64,000 bases of DNA, taken from the NCBI GenBank assembly GCA_963822445.1, contig CAWGHO010000001.1, positions 192,001 to 256,000 of the forward strand, given 5' to 3'. The position numbers and the translations under genes are program-made. Positions 9,673 to 20,887 of the stretch are shown piece after piece. Within the stretch, counting starts at the first letter, position 1, and each line of letters opens with the position of its first letter. The notes under the pieces are model-generated. The model saw only the letters and a list, made by a program, of their open reading frames with translations. It made no database searches and was not told where the DNA came from. The DNA is from an uncultured Acidobacteriota bacterium (lineage in GTDB: Bacteria > Acidobacteriota > Thermoanaerobaculia > Gp7-AA8).

Positions 9673-12305
9673 CGATCCTCCTCGACCTCGCGCATCCAGA
9701 CGTCCGCCTCGGTCGTGCGTTCCGAGAACAACAACGTTTGCGCATTCCCGGAGATGCTCATCGCCGCGATCGCGTACGGCGTCGACACATCACGAATCGC
9801 GCCCGTGTCGATGTTCACGATGCGCAGCCGAGACCCTTCGCTGAAGAGGATCTCGCGGCCGCCGGGGAGGAACAACGGCCGCGCGCCGGTCGACGTCACC
9901 GGCCGGTAAGTCCTTTCGGTCAGCGAATACAGCATGATGCCCGGTCTTCCGCGAAGCTCGCCGGCCAGCAGCGTGCCGTCGGGCGACCAGCTGTTCATCG
10001 CCGGCCGGCTTCCCTGCAGCGCCGCGGGCAGTTCCTCGACCACGGCATCGTCGCGCGTGAGATCGAGGAGGAACGTGTGCTCGTAGTTGAAGAACGCCAG
10101 CCGCTTGCCGTCGGGCGAAACGGACGGATACCAGCCGCTCTGTCCCGGCTTCGTCGCGCGCGCCAGTCCGCTGCCGTCGGCGTTGATGCGGAAGATCTCG
10201 TACTTTTCACCGTCGCGCTGCGAATAGAAGTAGATCTTCGTTCCGTCGGGCGACCAGGTCACGCCGCGATCGCGCGCGGCGTCGTTCGTGAGCTGGCGGA
10301 TCTCCCCCGTCGCCACTTCGACGACGAACACGTCTTCCTGCCCGCCGCGATTGGTGACGGCCAGAAACCTGCCGTTGGGCGAGATCGCCGAGCTGAACAC
10401 GAGGAACGATCCGGCCAGCACTGATTTCGCTTCGCCGCTGGTCGTGCCCGTCACCGGATCGAACGCAACCACACGCAACGACTCGGTGAGATCGATCGAC
10501 GCGAAGAGCATCCGGTGGCCGGCCTTCGACACGGTGTAGTGCCCGCTGTAGCGCGCGGGGGTCATGAGCGGCTCCGGCTCGCCGCGCGGCTTGCCGCTTT
10601 CCTCGTCGATGGCGATGCGCCAGAGGTTCATGGCGCCGTTGCGATCGCTGCCGAAGTAAATGTGCTTGACCGTCCGCCGACCAGATCGGGTTCCAGTCGA
10701 CAGCCGCGTCGCTGGTGACGCGCACTGCCGTCTCGCTCGGTTTTTCAGCGCGCGGATCGAGCGTCCAGATGTCGCGTTGCGCGGACTCGCTGGCGATGCC
10801 CCAGTAGACGATGCGATGGCCGTTCGGCGACCAGTTCGGCTGCACGCCGTCGCTCTGGAGAAGGATCTTGCGCGTTCCCGTCGCGGCGTCGACCACCCAG
10901 AGCTCGCTCATCGTTCCCCGCGACGTCGGCGTGAAGGTGACGCTTTCCGTCGCGCAGACGATCTGCTTGCCGTCCGGCGACCACGCGGGATTGAAGCAGC
11001 TCGGCGCGATGCGCCGCGCCGACTCACCCGTCGCTCCCATCACGAACACCCCGCCGCCATCGCACTCCGATCGATACGCGATCTGTGAGCCGTCCGGCGA
11101 GAAGGCCGGCTGCGAATCACCGGCCGTGCAGCGCTTCGTCAGATTGATCGCATTCCGGCCGTCGACGCGCTGCAGGTGAATGTCCGCCTCCGCGCCGATC
11201 CGCGAACGAACACGAACGTCGCGCCGTCGGGCGAAAGCGCGGGCGACATCTCCACGCCGTCTTCGTGCGTGACCTGGCGGAAGCGCGCGTTCTCCGCGGC
11301 TGCTGCGGCACGCGTGATGCGCGAGCGCAACAGCCATCCCGCCAACGCTCCGAGCACGACCAGCGCGATGGCACCGCCGACAGCGAACGCACGTCGCGTC
11401 GCGAACGGGCTCACCGTCTCGACGGTCGGCATCGTTCCCGATCCGCTCGAAAGGACGTCGAGCTGGAATGCGAGATCGCGCGCCGACTGGAAACGCTGCT
11501 CGGGATTCTTCTCCATGCAATGCCGGATGACGCGGCACAAGCCCGGCGACACGTTCGGATTGATCTCGGTGACCTCCACCGGGTCTTCGCGCAGGATCGA
11601 CGACATCGTGTCCGCCGGTGAGTCGCCGCGGAAGGGATGCTCGCCGGCGACCATCTCGTACATGAGCGTGCCGAGGGAGAAGATGTCGCTGCGTCCGTCG
11701 ACCGCTTGTCCCCGAACCTGTTCCGGCGACATGTACCCGACCGTGCCGATGACCGTCCCCGGCGACGTGTCCTGACTGAGCGTCTGCTCGTCGGACAACG
11801 CCGAGTCGTCGGGACTGCGCAACTTGGCCACGCCGAAGTCGAGGATCTTCACCCTTCCGTCGCGCGTGACGAAGATGTTCTCCGGCTTCAGATCGCGATG
11901 AACGATCCCCCGCTCGTGCGCGGCGGCCAGGCCGTTCGAGATCTGGATCGCGTAATCGACGGCCTTGCGGATCGGCAGCCTCGTCGCGGTTCCGTCGTGC
12001 CGCAGACATTCGCGAAGCGTCGAGCCTTCGAGGAGCTCGGTGACGATGTAGGGTTTTCCGTCAGCTGACCCGACGTCGAAGATCGTCAGCAGATTCGGAT
12101 GGTTGAGCGCGCCGATCGCGCGCGCCTCGATCTCGAAGCGGTGCATGCGATCGGCGTAGCGCGCGAACGTCGCCGGCAGGACTTTGACCGCGACCTCGCG
12201 CCGGATGCGAGGATCGAAGGCCCGCCAGACCTCGCTCATGCCGCCGGCTCCGAGGCGCGAGACAATCTCGTACGGACCCAGCTTCGTTCCCGCTTCGACC
12301 GACAT
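9669..12305 (-). CDS. Hanks-type Ser/Thr kinase with TM helix and TolB-like (PD40) beta-propeller; two apparent frameshifts (~11195, ~10665)
   Basis: GAGGM, VAVK, HRDLKPEN, DFG, GYMSPEQ in 11139..12305. WSPDG/FSPDG repeats continue in the 10207..12009 frame, then in 9669..10631. Confidence 0.88.
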
Positions 12306-12389
12306 GGACGGAGGTCATTCTCGCGGCTTCGTCAACAAACGGCAACGGCGTGAGCCTCCTCACGCAACCTCTTTCGCTCAGAACCGAAT

Positions 12390-12632
12390 ATGCACAACGT
12401 CATGAGCTACACGGATTGGCTACGCAAACAGGTTGCGAGACTCGAAGCGGAGATCGGCAGTCACTCGGTCTTCGACAGCGAGAACCCCGCATCGACCGCG
12501 CAATTGAAGGAACTGCGCTCGAAGGTCGTCATTCACACGTATCTGCGCCAGCAGTTGCTCCGCCGCGACACGCAGGTGTCGCTCGAGGAGTACGACACGC
12601 AGGAGTTCGTGCTGGTGCGCAAGCCGGCTTAG
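12390..12632 (+). CDS. Small hypothetical protein
   Basis: 80-aa ORF with normal codon bias; its stop overlaps the stop of the convergent gene. Confidence 0.55.
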   Translation: MHNVMSYTDWLRKQVARLEAEIGSHSVFDSENPASTAQLKELRSKVVIHTYLRQQLLRRDTQVSLEEYDTQEFVLVRKPA

Positions 12633-13012
12633 ATGGGTCGTTGCAGCGAGCCGGGATCCTCCCCGGCTCGCAACGAGATCTCCGCCCCTTCCTTCCCCAT
12701 CGCCAGACATTCGAAGAGATTGCGGACGTATTGGCCGAGGCGGTCGCCGCGGATGCCGGAGGCTTCGAGGGCGGTGACCAGTCGCCGGCCGAGCTCGGCG
12801 GCCGACTCACGCGCGGTCTCCGCCTCCGCCGGGTAGGGGTTTTCCTCTTCCTGCACGTACTGCGAGAGCAGCACATCGAGCCGCTCGGCGATCTCGAGCA
12901 ATTCCTCCCCTTCGATGCCGTGCTCCTCGCAGTGCCGCTCCAGCATCCGGACGATGCGCGAGGCCACGCGGCCGGCGTGCGGAAGGTCGAGCGGGATATC
13001 GAAATGAGGCAC
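12629..13012 (-). CDS. Hypothetical acidic helical protein
   Basis: Protein-like ORF. GTG at 13012 chosen because TAGACT lies 7 nt upstream. Confidence 0.65.
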   Translation of the reverse strand: MPHFDIPLDLPHAGRVASRIVRMLERHCEEHGIEGEELLEIAERLDVLLSQYVQEEENPYPAEAETARESAAELGRRLVTALEASGIRGDRLGQYVRNLFECLAMGKEGAEISLRAGEDPGSLQRPI

Positions 13013-13040
13013 CGCTCGAAGTCTATACTCCGCTCCCTTC

Positions 13041-14177
13041 ATGGCCATCCGCGCAATCCTCTTCTTCGCAATCGCCCTGGTGATCTTCGTTCCCTTCAAC
13101 TGGATTACGTACCGCCAACTCGTCCGCATTCACCCACGCCGCAAGCGCTGGATTCTCGGCGCACTCATCGCCGGCAACCTGATGTGGCCCTTTTTCCCGA
13201 TGCTGCGGACGTTCACGCCGTTCGCACGTGTGACCCGCGCGATTCTCGGCCCGATGTGGTTCGCCTGGACGTCCTTCGCGATCGTGTACGCCGCGGTGAT
13301 CTTCCTCGTGCTCATTGCGTGGCTGCCCTTCCGCCGGAAACGGTTTGCCGAATTCGCGCGCTGGCCTTCGCGTGTTTTTCTGACGCTTACGATCGTGGGA
13401 AGCGTCGTCGGCTTCTATCAGGCAGTCGTGCCGTTGCGGGTCGAGCACGTGCCGGTGCGCATCGCCGAATCTGCCGCCGTCGCTGCACGGCATGCGGCTC
13501 GCGCTGCTCGGCGATCTGCACGTCGGCCTCTTCACGCGCCCATCACGACTCGATCAGATCTTCACGACCACCGCGTCGCTGAATCCCGAGGTCGTGATGA
13601 TCGCCGGGGACATGATCGACGACGATCCGTACTTCGTGCCGAAGCTGCTGCGCGGCACGCGAACCCTTCCCGCGACGATCCCCATCCTCGCCGTCTTCGG
13701 CAATCACGAGATGTACGGCGCGCCGGAATGCGGTCATCGACCCGGTTGCGCGGCAGCCGCATCCGTCTGCTGGTCGAATGAGGGATTCCCGCTCCGCGAT
13801 CTCTGGATCGCCGGCGTGTCCGATCGCGCCGCCAGCCAGATGCCGAACCTGAAGCACTTCACTCCCGATCTCGCGAAGGCGTTGGCCGGGAAACCGCCGA
13901 ATGCGATTCCGATCGCGCTCTCCCATCAGCCGACGATCATCGCCGACGCACGAAAGCATGGCGTACCGCTCGCCCTCTGCGCGCACACGCACGGCGGGCA
14001 GCTCGGTTTCCGTCCGTTGCGCTGGTCGCTGGCCGGTGTATTTCTGCCGTACCACATGGGTCTTTACGACGTTCCGCCGACCCAGCTCTACGTCAACACC
14101 GGCACCGGCTACTGGCTGCTGCCGTTTCGCCTCGGGATGACGCCGGAGATCACGCTGATCGAATTGCAGGCCGGTGA
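13041..14177 (+). CDS. Membrane-anchored metallophosphoesterase (YkuE/YaeI-like), frameshifted; 3' end approximate
   Basis: N-terminal TM helices in 13041..13781. GDLHVG, GDMID, GNHE, SHQP, HTHGGQ and PEITLIEL in the 13492 frame. Confidence 0.85.
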
Positions 14178-14990
14178 GGACCTCGCCACAGCGCTCTTCG
14201 ATCTTCAGCGTCGCCAGTTCGTCCCCGCGGGTGGGGCCGATGTTGACGATGGCGATCGGCAGCCCGCGCTCCGATGCGCGCTTCACGAAGCGGAAGCCCG
14301 ACCAGACCGTGAGCGACGAGCCGACGACGAGCATCGCGTCGGCTTCGTCGACGCGCTGCATGGCGTAGCTGACTTTGTCGCCCGGCACCGACTCGCCGAA
14401 GAAGACGACCGCCGGCTTGAGTACGCCGCCGCAGCGATCGCATTCGGGGACGCGAAAGCCGCCGATCACGCTTTGCGCTACTTCCGAATCGCCGTCCGGC
14501 GCAAAGTCCGCTTCGTCGGCCTGCAGGCGGTCCCACTCGGCCGCGGCGAGCCATTCCGCGTTGAGCATCGCCAGCCGCTCCTGCATCTCCTCGCGCGGAA
14601 TCTCGCGCGCGGCAATCGAGGCAGACGACGACGCGGTTGCGTCCGTGAAGCTGCACGACGGCGCGGCTGCCGGCTTCCTGATGCAGATCGTCGACGTTCT
14701 GCGTGATGAGCTGATGCACGCGGCCGCTCGACTCGAGCTCCGCCAGCGCGCGATGGGCCGCGTTCGGCCGCGCGGCATCGAAGCGCGGCCAGCCGCGAAA
14801 GCTGCGCGCCCAGTAAAACCGCCGCACTTCCGCGCTGCGCACGAACGCGCTGAAGTAGATCGGCTTGTGCCGCGTCCACGCGCCGCCCGGGCTGCGATAG
14901 TCGGGAATGCCCGATTCCGTGCTGCAGCCGGCGCCGGTGAGGACGACCAGGCGGCGGGAGGATGCGAGGAAGGCGAGCGACGGGTCAGGG
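14160..14990 (-). CDS. NAD-dependent protein deacylase (sirtuin, SIRT4-like), frameshifted; ends approximate
   Basis: LTGAGCSTESGIPDYR, TQNVDDLH, LHG, CLDC…CDRC, LKPAVVFFGE, VGSSL across two frames. Confidence 0.87.
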
Positions 14991-16493
14991 CTTGAACGGC
15001 TCCGTCATCGTCTCCCCCGTGGCGATGTCCACCAGCGCGTGCACGAGCACGCGCGCGCCGCGCTGGAGGTCGTCGATGGAGATCTTCTCGTCGAGATCGT
15101 GGCCGGGATACGGCTTGCCCGGGAACCACATGCCGAAGGCGATCGCGTTCGGCAGCCGCTTCGCGTACGTCGCGCCGCCGGAGATCGCCGGCTTCGCCGT
15201 CTCGCCGGTGGCCCGCGAATACACAGTCATCAGCCGTTTCACGATCTTCGCGTTCGGATCGAATCCCAGAGGCTCGTCGAGGAAATACGACTTGTCTTCG
15301 ACGACGGCCAGCGACGAGCCCTGCTTCCGATTGAAGGCGTCGAGAACCGAAAGAAGATGCGCCTTCATCTGCGCGGCGGTGCGCGGCGGAATGCGGCGCA
15401 GGTTGATGTAGAGCATCCGGCGGTCATCCTCGTCCGACACGGGCTTGATCGTGCCGACGTTGACGCCGAATCGTGCCCAGATCGGATCGTTGTCGGTGAT
15501 GCCGAGGCCGGTGCCGTGCAGGTCCTTGCCCGCAAGGCGCGCGAAGGCCAGCAGATCGTCGGCGCCACCACTCGGCAGTTTGCCTTCGAGCACGCGCGCC
15601 AGCGCGACCAGCGCGTTGCGGCCACCGGTCAGGTTCACTCCCGAATGCGAGGACTTGCCGTACGCAACGATGTGAAGCATCGGGCCGTCCATGCCGATCA
15701 CGAGGCGCGTGTCGGGTGGAAGCTTAGTCTTCGCCTTCTCCATTTCCGCGATGAACGGATCCCAGTTCATCGACTCCGCCGTCCACCGCAGCTTCACCTC
15801 GGCACGATCGGGCACGATGCTCGGCGAGATCCCTGCGTCCATGAACGCGACCTCGAACGGCCGCTTCCTGCCGGGCCGCGACTTGAGCGCAGTTGCGACG
15901 CCGAATCCGTCCCAGGCCTTTTCGCCGACGACCACCGGGAACTCCGAGTCGAGCACCAGCGAGTAGTCGGGCGGCTGATGATCTTTGAGGTACTCCTCGA
16001 TCTCCGTGGCCGCCGATTCCTCTTCGCTGCCGACCAGCAAGCGGATGGTGTGTGTCCGTTCGATCCCGCTCTCCTGCAGCGCTTTCATCGCCAGCAGCGC
16101 CTGAATCAGCGGACCCTTGTCGTCGGCCGAGCCGCGACCGAGTACGTAGCCTTCTCGGACCTCGCCGGCGAATGGCGGAAAGGTCCAGGCCTCTTCTTCG
16201 ACCGGCTGCACGTCGCCATGAATCAGCAGGCCGAGAACCGGCGCGCCTTCCGGTCCCGGAAGCTCGATCTCGGTGATCTTTCCCGCGTCGCGCGCGACGA
16301 AGCCGAGGTCCGCCGCGGTTTTCATCAGCCACGCTTTCTGCTCCGCGTGCGCCTCGGGGTTGTGGGCGTACGTGCGGAACCGAATCACCTCGGTGAGCAT
16401 CGGCACGAGCTTCCCGGCCTGATGCTTTTCGTAGTGCTGCAGAACGCGATCGGTGTTCGCGGCCAGCGACGCCACGAGAATCAAGGCCAGCAT
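14985..16493 (-). CDS. M20 family metallopeptidase/dipeptidase (PepV/Sapep-like)
   Basis: HGDVQP, GRGSADDKG, EEES, GGATY, H…DE motifs; signal peptide. Confidence 0.9.
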   Translation of the reverse strand: MLALILVASLAANTDRVLQHYEKHQAGKLVPMLTEVIRFRTYAHNPEAHAEQKAWLMKTAADLGFVARDAGKITEIELPGPEGAPVLGLLIHGDVQPVEEEAWTFPPFAGEVREGYVLGRGSADDKGPLIQALLAMKALQESGIERTHTIRLLVGSEEESAATEIEEYLKDHQPPDYSLVLDSEFPVVVGEKAWDGFGVATALKSRPGRKRPFEVAFMDAGISPSIVPDRAEVKLRWTAESMNWDPFIAEMEKAKTKLPPDTRLVIGMDGPMLHIVAYGKSSHSGVNLTGGRNALVALARVLEGKLPSGGADDLLAFARLAGKDLHGTGLGITDNDPIWARFGVNVGTIKPVSDEDDRRMLYINLRRIPPRTAAQMKAHLLSVLDAFNRKQGSSLAVVEDKSYFLDEPLGFDPNAKIVKRLMTVYSRATGETAKPAISGGATYAKRLPNAIAFGMWFPGKPYPGHDLDEKISIDDLQRGARVLVHALVDIATGETMTEPFKP

Positions 16494-16942
16494 CAGAACA
16501 ACCTCCGTCCTTCATGTGCGAGGAGCCACTGCTTGCGCTCGATGCCGCCGCCGTAGCCGGTGAGCGTTCCGTCCGAGCCGATCACGCGATGACAGGGCAC
16601 GATGACCGGAATCGGATTCGCGCCATTCGCTGCGCCGACCGCACGAATCGCGGCGGGCCGGCCGATGCGCCGCGCGAGCTCGGCGTAAGTGATGGTGTCG
16701 CCGTACGGAACGCGCAGGAGCTCGTTCCAGACGGCGAGTTGGAACTCGGTGCCGTGAAGGGCCAGGGGAAGATCGAAGACGCGGCGTTGACCGGCGAAGT
16801 ATTCGGAAAGCTGATGCGCCACCCGGCCGACCGGGTCCCTCGACTCCGATCCGGATGACAGGGAACGGAAGGTCAATTGGGTGAGTTTGCCGTCGTCGTC
16901 GAGAACGGCGGTGAGCGGGCCGATCGGGGTCTCGATGATCAT
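16493..16942 (-). CDS. ogt: Methylated-DNA-protein-cysteine S-methyltransferase
   Basis: RAVGAANGANP…VPCHRV active-site motif. Confidence 0.93.
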   Translation of the reverse strand: MIIETPIGPLTAVLDDDGKLTQLTFRSLSSGSESRDPVGRVAHQLSEYFAGQRRVFDLPLALHGTEFQLAVWNELLRVPYGDTITYAELARRIGRPAAIRAVGAANGANPIPVIVPCHRVIGSDGTLTGYGGGIERKQWLLAHEGRRLF

Positions 16943-16994
16943 CGGATGGATATCGTAAAATACCGCGCACCGCCATTCATCCGAGGAGAATCAC

Positions 16995-17984
16995 TTGAAA
17001 ACCTTCTTCAAGGTCGTTGGGATCTTGTTGCTCGTCGTGGTCGCGCTGGCCGCGATCGGAGTCTCCTGGCTGGCGCTCCGCAAGCCCAATCAGCGGCCCG
17101 CCAGCGCGGAAAAAATCGAGGTCACGCCGGAACGGCTCGCCCGCGGCAAGTACCTCGTCAACAACGTCACCATCTGCTTCGACTGCCACGCCGAGCGGAC
17201 CATGGCCTATGGCCTTCCGATCAAACCCGGCCAGGAAGGCGTGAAGGGGTTCATCTGGGATCAGAAGATCGGATTCCCGGGCGTGCTCGCGGCGTCGAAC
17301 ATCACTCCCGACGCGGAAACAGGTCTCGGCAAATGGACCGACGGCGAGATCCTCCGCGCGATCCGCGAGGGCGTCGATCGCGAGGGGAAGGCTCTCTTCC
17401 CGATCATGCCCTACGGCCATCTCCGCAGCCTCAGCGATGAAGACGGCAAGGCCATCGTCGCGTACCTGCGCACGCTCGAGCCGCTGCGTTACGAGAAGCC
17501 GAAGAAGGCGCTGAACATGCCGCTGCCGCTCGTCGAGAAGTTCGGGCCGAAGCCGGTCGACGCGCCGATCGCCACGCCCGACAGAAGCGACACGCTGGCT
17601 TACGGCAAGTACCTGACCACCATCGCCACCTGCGCCGAGTGCCACACGCCGAAGGATGACAAGGGCAACACCCTCCCCGGAAAGGAATTCGCCGGCGGCT
17701 GGGAAATGCACACGCCGACGTTCCGCGTGGTCACCTCGAACATCACCCCACATCCGACGAACTGGATGGGCACCGCCACGAAGGAAGAGTTCATCGCCCG
17801 CTTCAAGGCCTTCGAGAACATCGATGCATCGAACGCACCGCCGGCGCAGCCGGGCAGGAACACGCTCATGCCCTGGCTCACCTACTCCGGCATGACCGAA
17901 GAAGACCTCGGCGCGATCTACACCTACCTGAAGACCCTTCCGCCGATCGAGAACAGGGTGAATCCGTTTCCGGACGCGAAGTAA
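16995..17984 (+). CDS. Membrane-anchored diheme cytochrome c
   Basis: Two CxxCH motifs (CFDCH, CAECH), NITP and MP motifs, N-terminal TM helix. Confidence 0.9.
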   Translation: MKTFFKVVGILLLVVVALAAIGVSWLALRKPNQRPASAEKIEVTPERLARGKYLVNNVTICFDCHAERTMAYGLPIKPGQEGVKGFIWDQKIGFPGVLAASNITPDAETGLGKWTDGEILRAIREGVDREGKALFPIMPYGHLRSLSDEDGKAIVAYLRTLEPLRYEKPKKALNMPLPLVEKFGPKPVDAPIATPDRSDTLAYGKYLTTIATCAECHTPKDDKGNTLPGKEFAGGWEMHTPTFRVVTSNITPHPTNWMGTATKEEFIARFKAFENIDASNAPPAQPGRNTLMPWLTYSGMTEEDLGAIYTYLKTLPPIENRVNPFPDAK

Positions 17985-18011
17985 GTCCTGACCCGTCAGC
18001 GCGGACGCGAG

Positions 18012-18740
18012 TCAGTGCACCTGTTCGAGCGCCCAGACCATCAGCGCCGCGGTAGCCAGTCCGCCGATGGTCGAGAAGATCAGCGCGAAGCGGGGACGCT
18101 CGTGGCCGTGCGGCAGAAGATCGCTTGCGCCGAGGTAGAGGAGGAAGCCGGCGAAGAACGCGAGCTGGTACGCGAGCATCGCCGGCTCGATGCGCAGCAC
18201 GTTCGCGAGCAGCGCGCCGGCGACCGGCGCGAGCGCGTCGACGACCAGCAGGGTGATCGTGCGCCACCGGCTGTTCCGCGTGGCGAGCATGAACGTCACC
18301 GTGTTCAGACCATCGGCGAAGTCGTGAGCGAGCACGGCCAGCAGCACGAGCAGACCCACGTCGCGTCCCGCCTGAAACGCGACACCGATCGCCAGGCCGT
18401 CGAGGAAGCTGTGAAAGGAGAGGCCGATCGCACCGACCAGACCGACGTGATGCTGGTGTCCGGGGCTGTCGTGCGATTTCTCGCTGTGGATGATGGTCAG
18501 CTTCTCGAGCAGAAAAATGGCCACGAAGCCGCCCATGACCGTGAGCATCAGCTTGTGGACGTCGAGGGAATTTGCGGTCGCCGATTCGAAGATCTCCGGA
18601 ATCAGATCGAGGAAGGCCACGCCGATGAGCAGGCCCGCGGAGTAGGCCATGATCGCGTGCAGCGACCGCTGGTAGCGGAAGGCGAAGGCCCCGCCGGCGA
18701 GCGTCATCACGAACGCGAGCAGCGCCCAGGCCGCACTCAT
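18012..18740 (-). CDS. ZIP family metal transporter
   Basis: HSFLDG and HDFADG TM motifs, His-rich loop, LYLGASDLLP. Confidence 0.9.
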   Translation of the reverse strand: MSAAWALLAFVMTLAGGAFAFRYQRSLHAIMAYSAGLLIGVAFLDLIPEIFESATANSLDVHKLMLTVMGGFVAIFLLEKLTIIHSEKSHDSPGHQHHVGLVGAIGLSFHSFLDGLAIGVAFQAGRDVGLLVLLAVLAHDFADGLNTVTFMLATRNSRWRTITLLVVDALAPVAGALLANVLRIEPAMLAYQLAFFAGFLLYLGASDLLPHGHERPRFALIFSTIGGLATAALMVWALEQVH

Positions 18741-18759
18741 AGGGGGCGGATTGTATGTG

Positions 18760-18791
18760 GGTTACGAGGTTGCGTGGTTACGAGGTTGCGG
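18760..18791. repeat. Octamer tandem repeat GGTTRCGN x4
   Basis: GGTTACGA GGTTGCGT GGTTACGA GGTTGCGG; same family as at 21331. Confidence 0.8.
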
Positions 18792-18801
18792 AGTCAGTCG
18801 A

Positions 18802-19041
18802 TCACGCCGCATAGACGCGCACGAGAAAAACGGTGTCTTCCTTCTTCATCGTGGCGATCGATTCCGTCCCGCGGGCCGGCCTGGTCAGGCTGACCAGTTG
18901 CGCGTCACTGTCCCGGACGAACTGGGAGATCGCCTCGTCGGCGTCGACCGCTTCGACGACCGTACGCTTCGACTCCACCTCGTACGTCGGCCGGTGGGTG
19001 TACTCGTTGGTCAACTCCCGCGCTTCTATCGTGTATTGCAA
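18802..19041 (-). CDS. Small hypothetical protein
   Basis: 79-aa ORF, TTG start preceded by GAGGGG. Confidence 0.65.
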   Translation of the reverse strand: MQYTIEARELTNEYTHRPTYEVESKRTVVEAVDADEAISQFVRDSDAQLVSLTRPARGTESIATMKKEDTVFLVRVYAA

Positions 19042-19110
19042 GCGTTCCCCCTCGGATTTTTCGCTTACAGCAAAAAAAGGAAAGGAGCAATCGCCGCGCC
19101 AGAGAGAACC

Positions 19111-19179
19111 AGTCGTTAGTGGTTAGTCGTTAGTCGTTAGTAGCCGGATCTAACGACCAACCACTAACGACTAACGACT
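19111..19179. repeat. Heptamer-repeat hairpin (AGTCGTT)x4 / (AACGACT)x4
   Basis: Four heptamers, a 9-nt loop, then four reverse-complement heptamers. Confidence 0.9.
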
Positions 19180-19190
19180 CAGCGAACGCG

Positions 19191-20822
19191 TCAGCGTTCG
19201 CGCAAGTAGTCATGAATGAGCTGCACCGCCATCGCGCCCTCGCCTACCGCGGACCCGACGCGCTTCACCGAGCCGTGGCGCACGTCGCCAGCGACGAAGA
19301 CGCCGGGCATGCTGCTCTCGAGATGGGCGGGCCAGCGGTCGTCCGGCCAGGCGGCGAGATGCTCGCGGCGTAAGTCGCGGCCGGTCAGAACGAAGCCCTG
19401 CTTGTCGCGCGCGACGGCGTCACCGAGCCAGTCCGTGCGTGGTCGCGCGCCGATCCAGATGAACAGCGCATCGGTCTCCAGCTCGCGTCGCGCCTTCGTT
19501 TCCGTCTCTTCGATCGTCACCGATTCCAGCCGCTCCTCCCCCTTTACCGCGAACACGCTCGTCTTCGTCATCAGCTCGACGTTCGGAAGTGAGTTGATCC
19601 GCTCGACGAGGTATTGCGACATGGTCGTCTCGAGCGCCTCGTCGATGGTGATGATGGTCAGCTTCCGCGCGTATCGCGCGAGGAGCAGCGCTGCCTGCGC
19701 CGCGGAGTTGCCGCTGCCGAGGAGACAGATGTCGCGGTCGCGGAAGCGGGCGGCTTCCGCGGCGGCGGCGCCGTAGTAGACGCCGGCGCCGGTGAGCTTG
19801 TCGGCGCCCTCAGCGCGCAGCTTGCGATAGGCCACGCCCACGGAAAGCAGCACCGTGTGACTGACCATCTCCGTTCCATCGTCGAGCGTGAGCAGGCGAT
19901 AGCCGCGATCGTCGCGCAACGACTTCGCGGTCTTCGTCAGCAGAATCTCCGTTCCGAATTTCTGGGCCTGCATGACCGCGCGCGAGGCGAGCTCCGCGCC
20001 GGAGAGGCCGTCGGGAAATCCGAGATAGTTCTCGATCAGCGCGCTCGATCCCGCTTGTCCGCCGGGAACGTCGCGCTCGACGATGACCGTTCGCAGCCCT
20101 TCCGAGCTCGCGTAGACCGCGGCCGCGAGTCCGGCCGGTCCGCCGCCGACGATCACCAGGTCGTAGAACGACGAGTCGGGTGACGTGCTGAAGCCGAGCT
20201 TCTGGGCGAGGTCCTCATCGCTCGGATCGACGAGCTCCGCGCCGTCGGGAAAGAGAATGCGCGTTCCGGAGTCGTGGCGATCGTCATCATCGTCCTCCGC
20301 ACCGGTATCGATCCAGCGGTAGGGAACGCGGTGCCGCGCGAGCAGATCGCGAACGTCATGACAGCGCGGATGCCACTGATCGCCGAAGACCTGGACGATG
20401 TCCGCCGCGGTCGCGGACGATTCCCACGCTCGCAGCGCTTCGCGCACGATTGGTTCGAGCGAGGTCTCCGGCGCTTCCCACGGCTCGGCGACGCTGTAAT
20501 CGACAAGACCTTCGCGCTTGCCGGCGACCGCGAAGCCGGGATCGAGCTCGTCGTCGTAGAGGATGACTTTCATCCCCGAGAACAGCTCTTTCCCGCGCTC
20601 GAGCAGGCCGCGCAGCTCTCCTTCGTCGAGAAGATGTCTGACCAGCATCAGGACGATGGGCTGCTTCTTCGCGTGCGCGTCGTCGATGACTTTTCGCGCT
20701 TCTTCGATGGTTGTCGTGGTGCCGATGTCGAACGTCTCCGCGCAATCGGCCTGCAGAAACTCGCGGCCGCGGGACAGATGTTCTTCATGGGGCTCGATCA
20801 GCAGGATCAGCGGACGACTCAC
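19191..20822 (-). CDS. Thioredoxin-reductase-like FAD oxidoreductase with N-terminal degenerate receiver and glutaredoxin-like domains
   Basis: GGGPAGLAAA, GGQAG..S.IENYLGFP, GVFVAGDVR, AVGEG. The CxxC position reads YYGAAAAE. Start approximate. Confidence 0.88.
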   Translation of the reverse strand: MSRPLILLIEPHEEHLSRGREFLQADCAETFDIGTTTTIEEARKVIDDAHAKKQPIVLMLVRHLLDEGELRGLLERGKELFSGMKVILYDDELDPGFAVAGKREGLVDYSVAEPWEAPETSLEPIVREALRAWESSATAADIVQVFGDQWHPRCHDVRDLLARHRVPYRWIDTGAEDDDDDRHDSGTRILFPDGAELVDPSDEDLAQKLGFSTSPDSSFYDLVIVGGGPAGLAAAVYASSEGLRTVIVERDVPGGQAGSSALIENYLGFPDGLSGAELASRAVMQAQKFGTEILLTKTAKSLRDDRGYRLLTLDDGTEMVSHTVLLSVGVAYRKLRAEGADKLTGAGVYYGAAAAEAARFRDRDICLLGSGNSAAQAALLLARYARKLTIITIDEALETTMSQYLVERINSLPNVELMTKTSVFAVKGEERLESVTIEETETKARRELETDALFIWIGARPRTDWLGDAVARDKQGFVLTGRDLRREHLAAWPDDRWPAHLESSMPGVFVAGDVRHGSVKRVGSAVGEGAMAVQLIHDYLRER

Positions 20823-20887
20823 GGAGCACGCTTTTGCGAACGGGGTGCCGCAGCCAGGGCACATTTATTGCTTGAGCCCGGCCCCGG

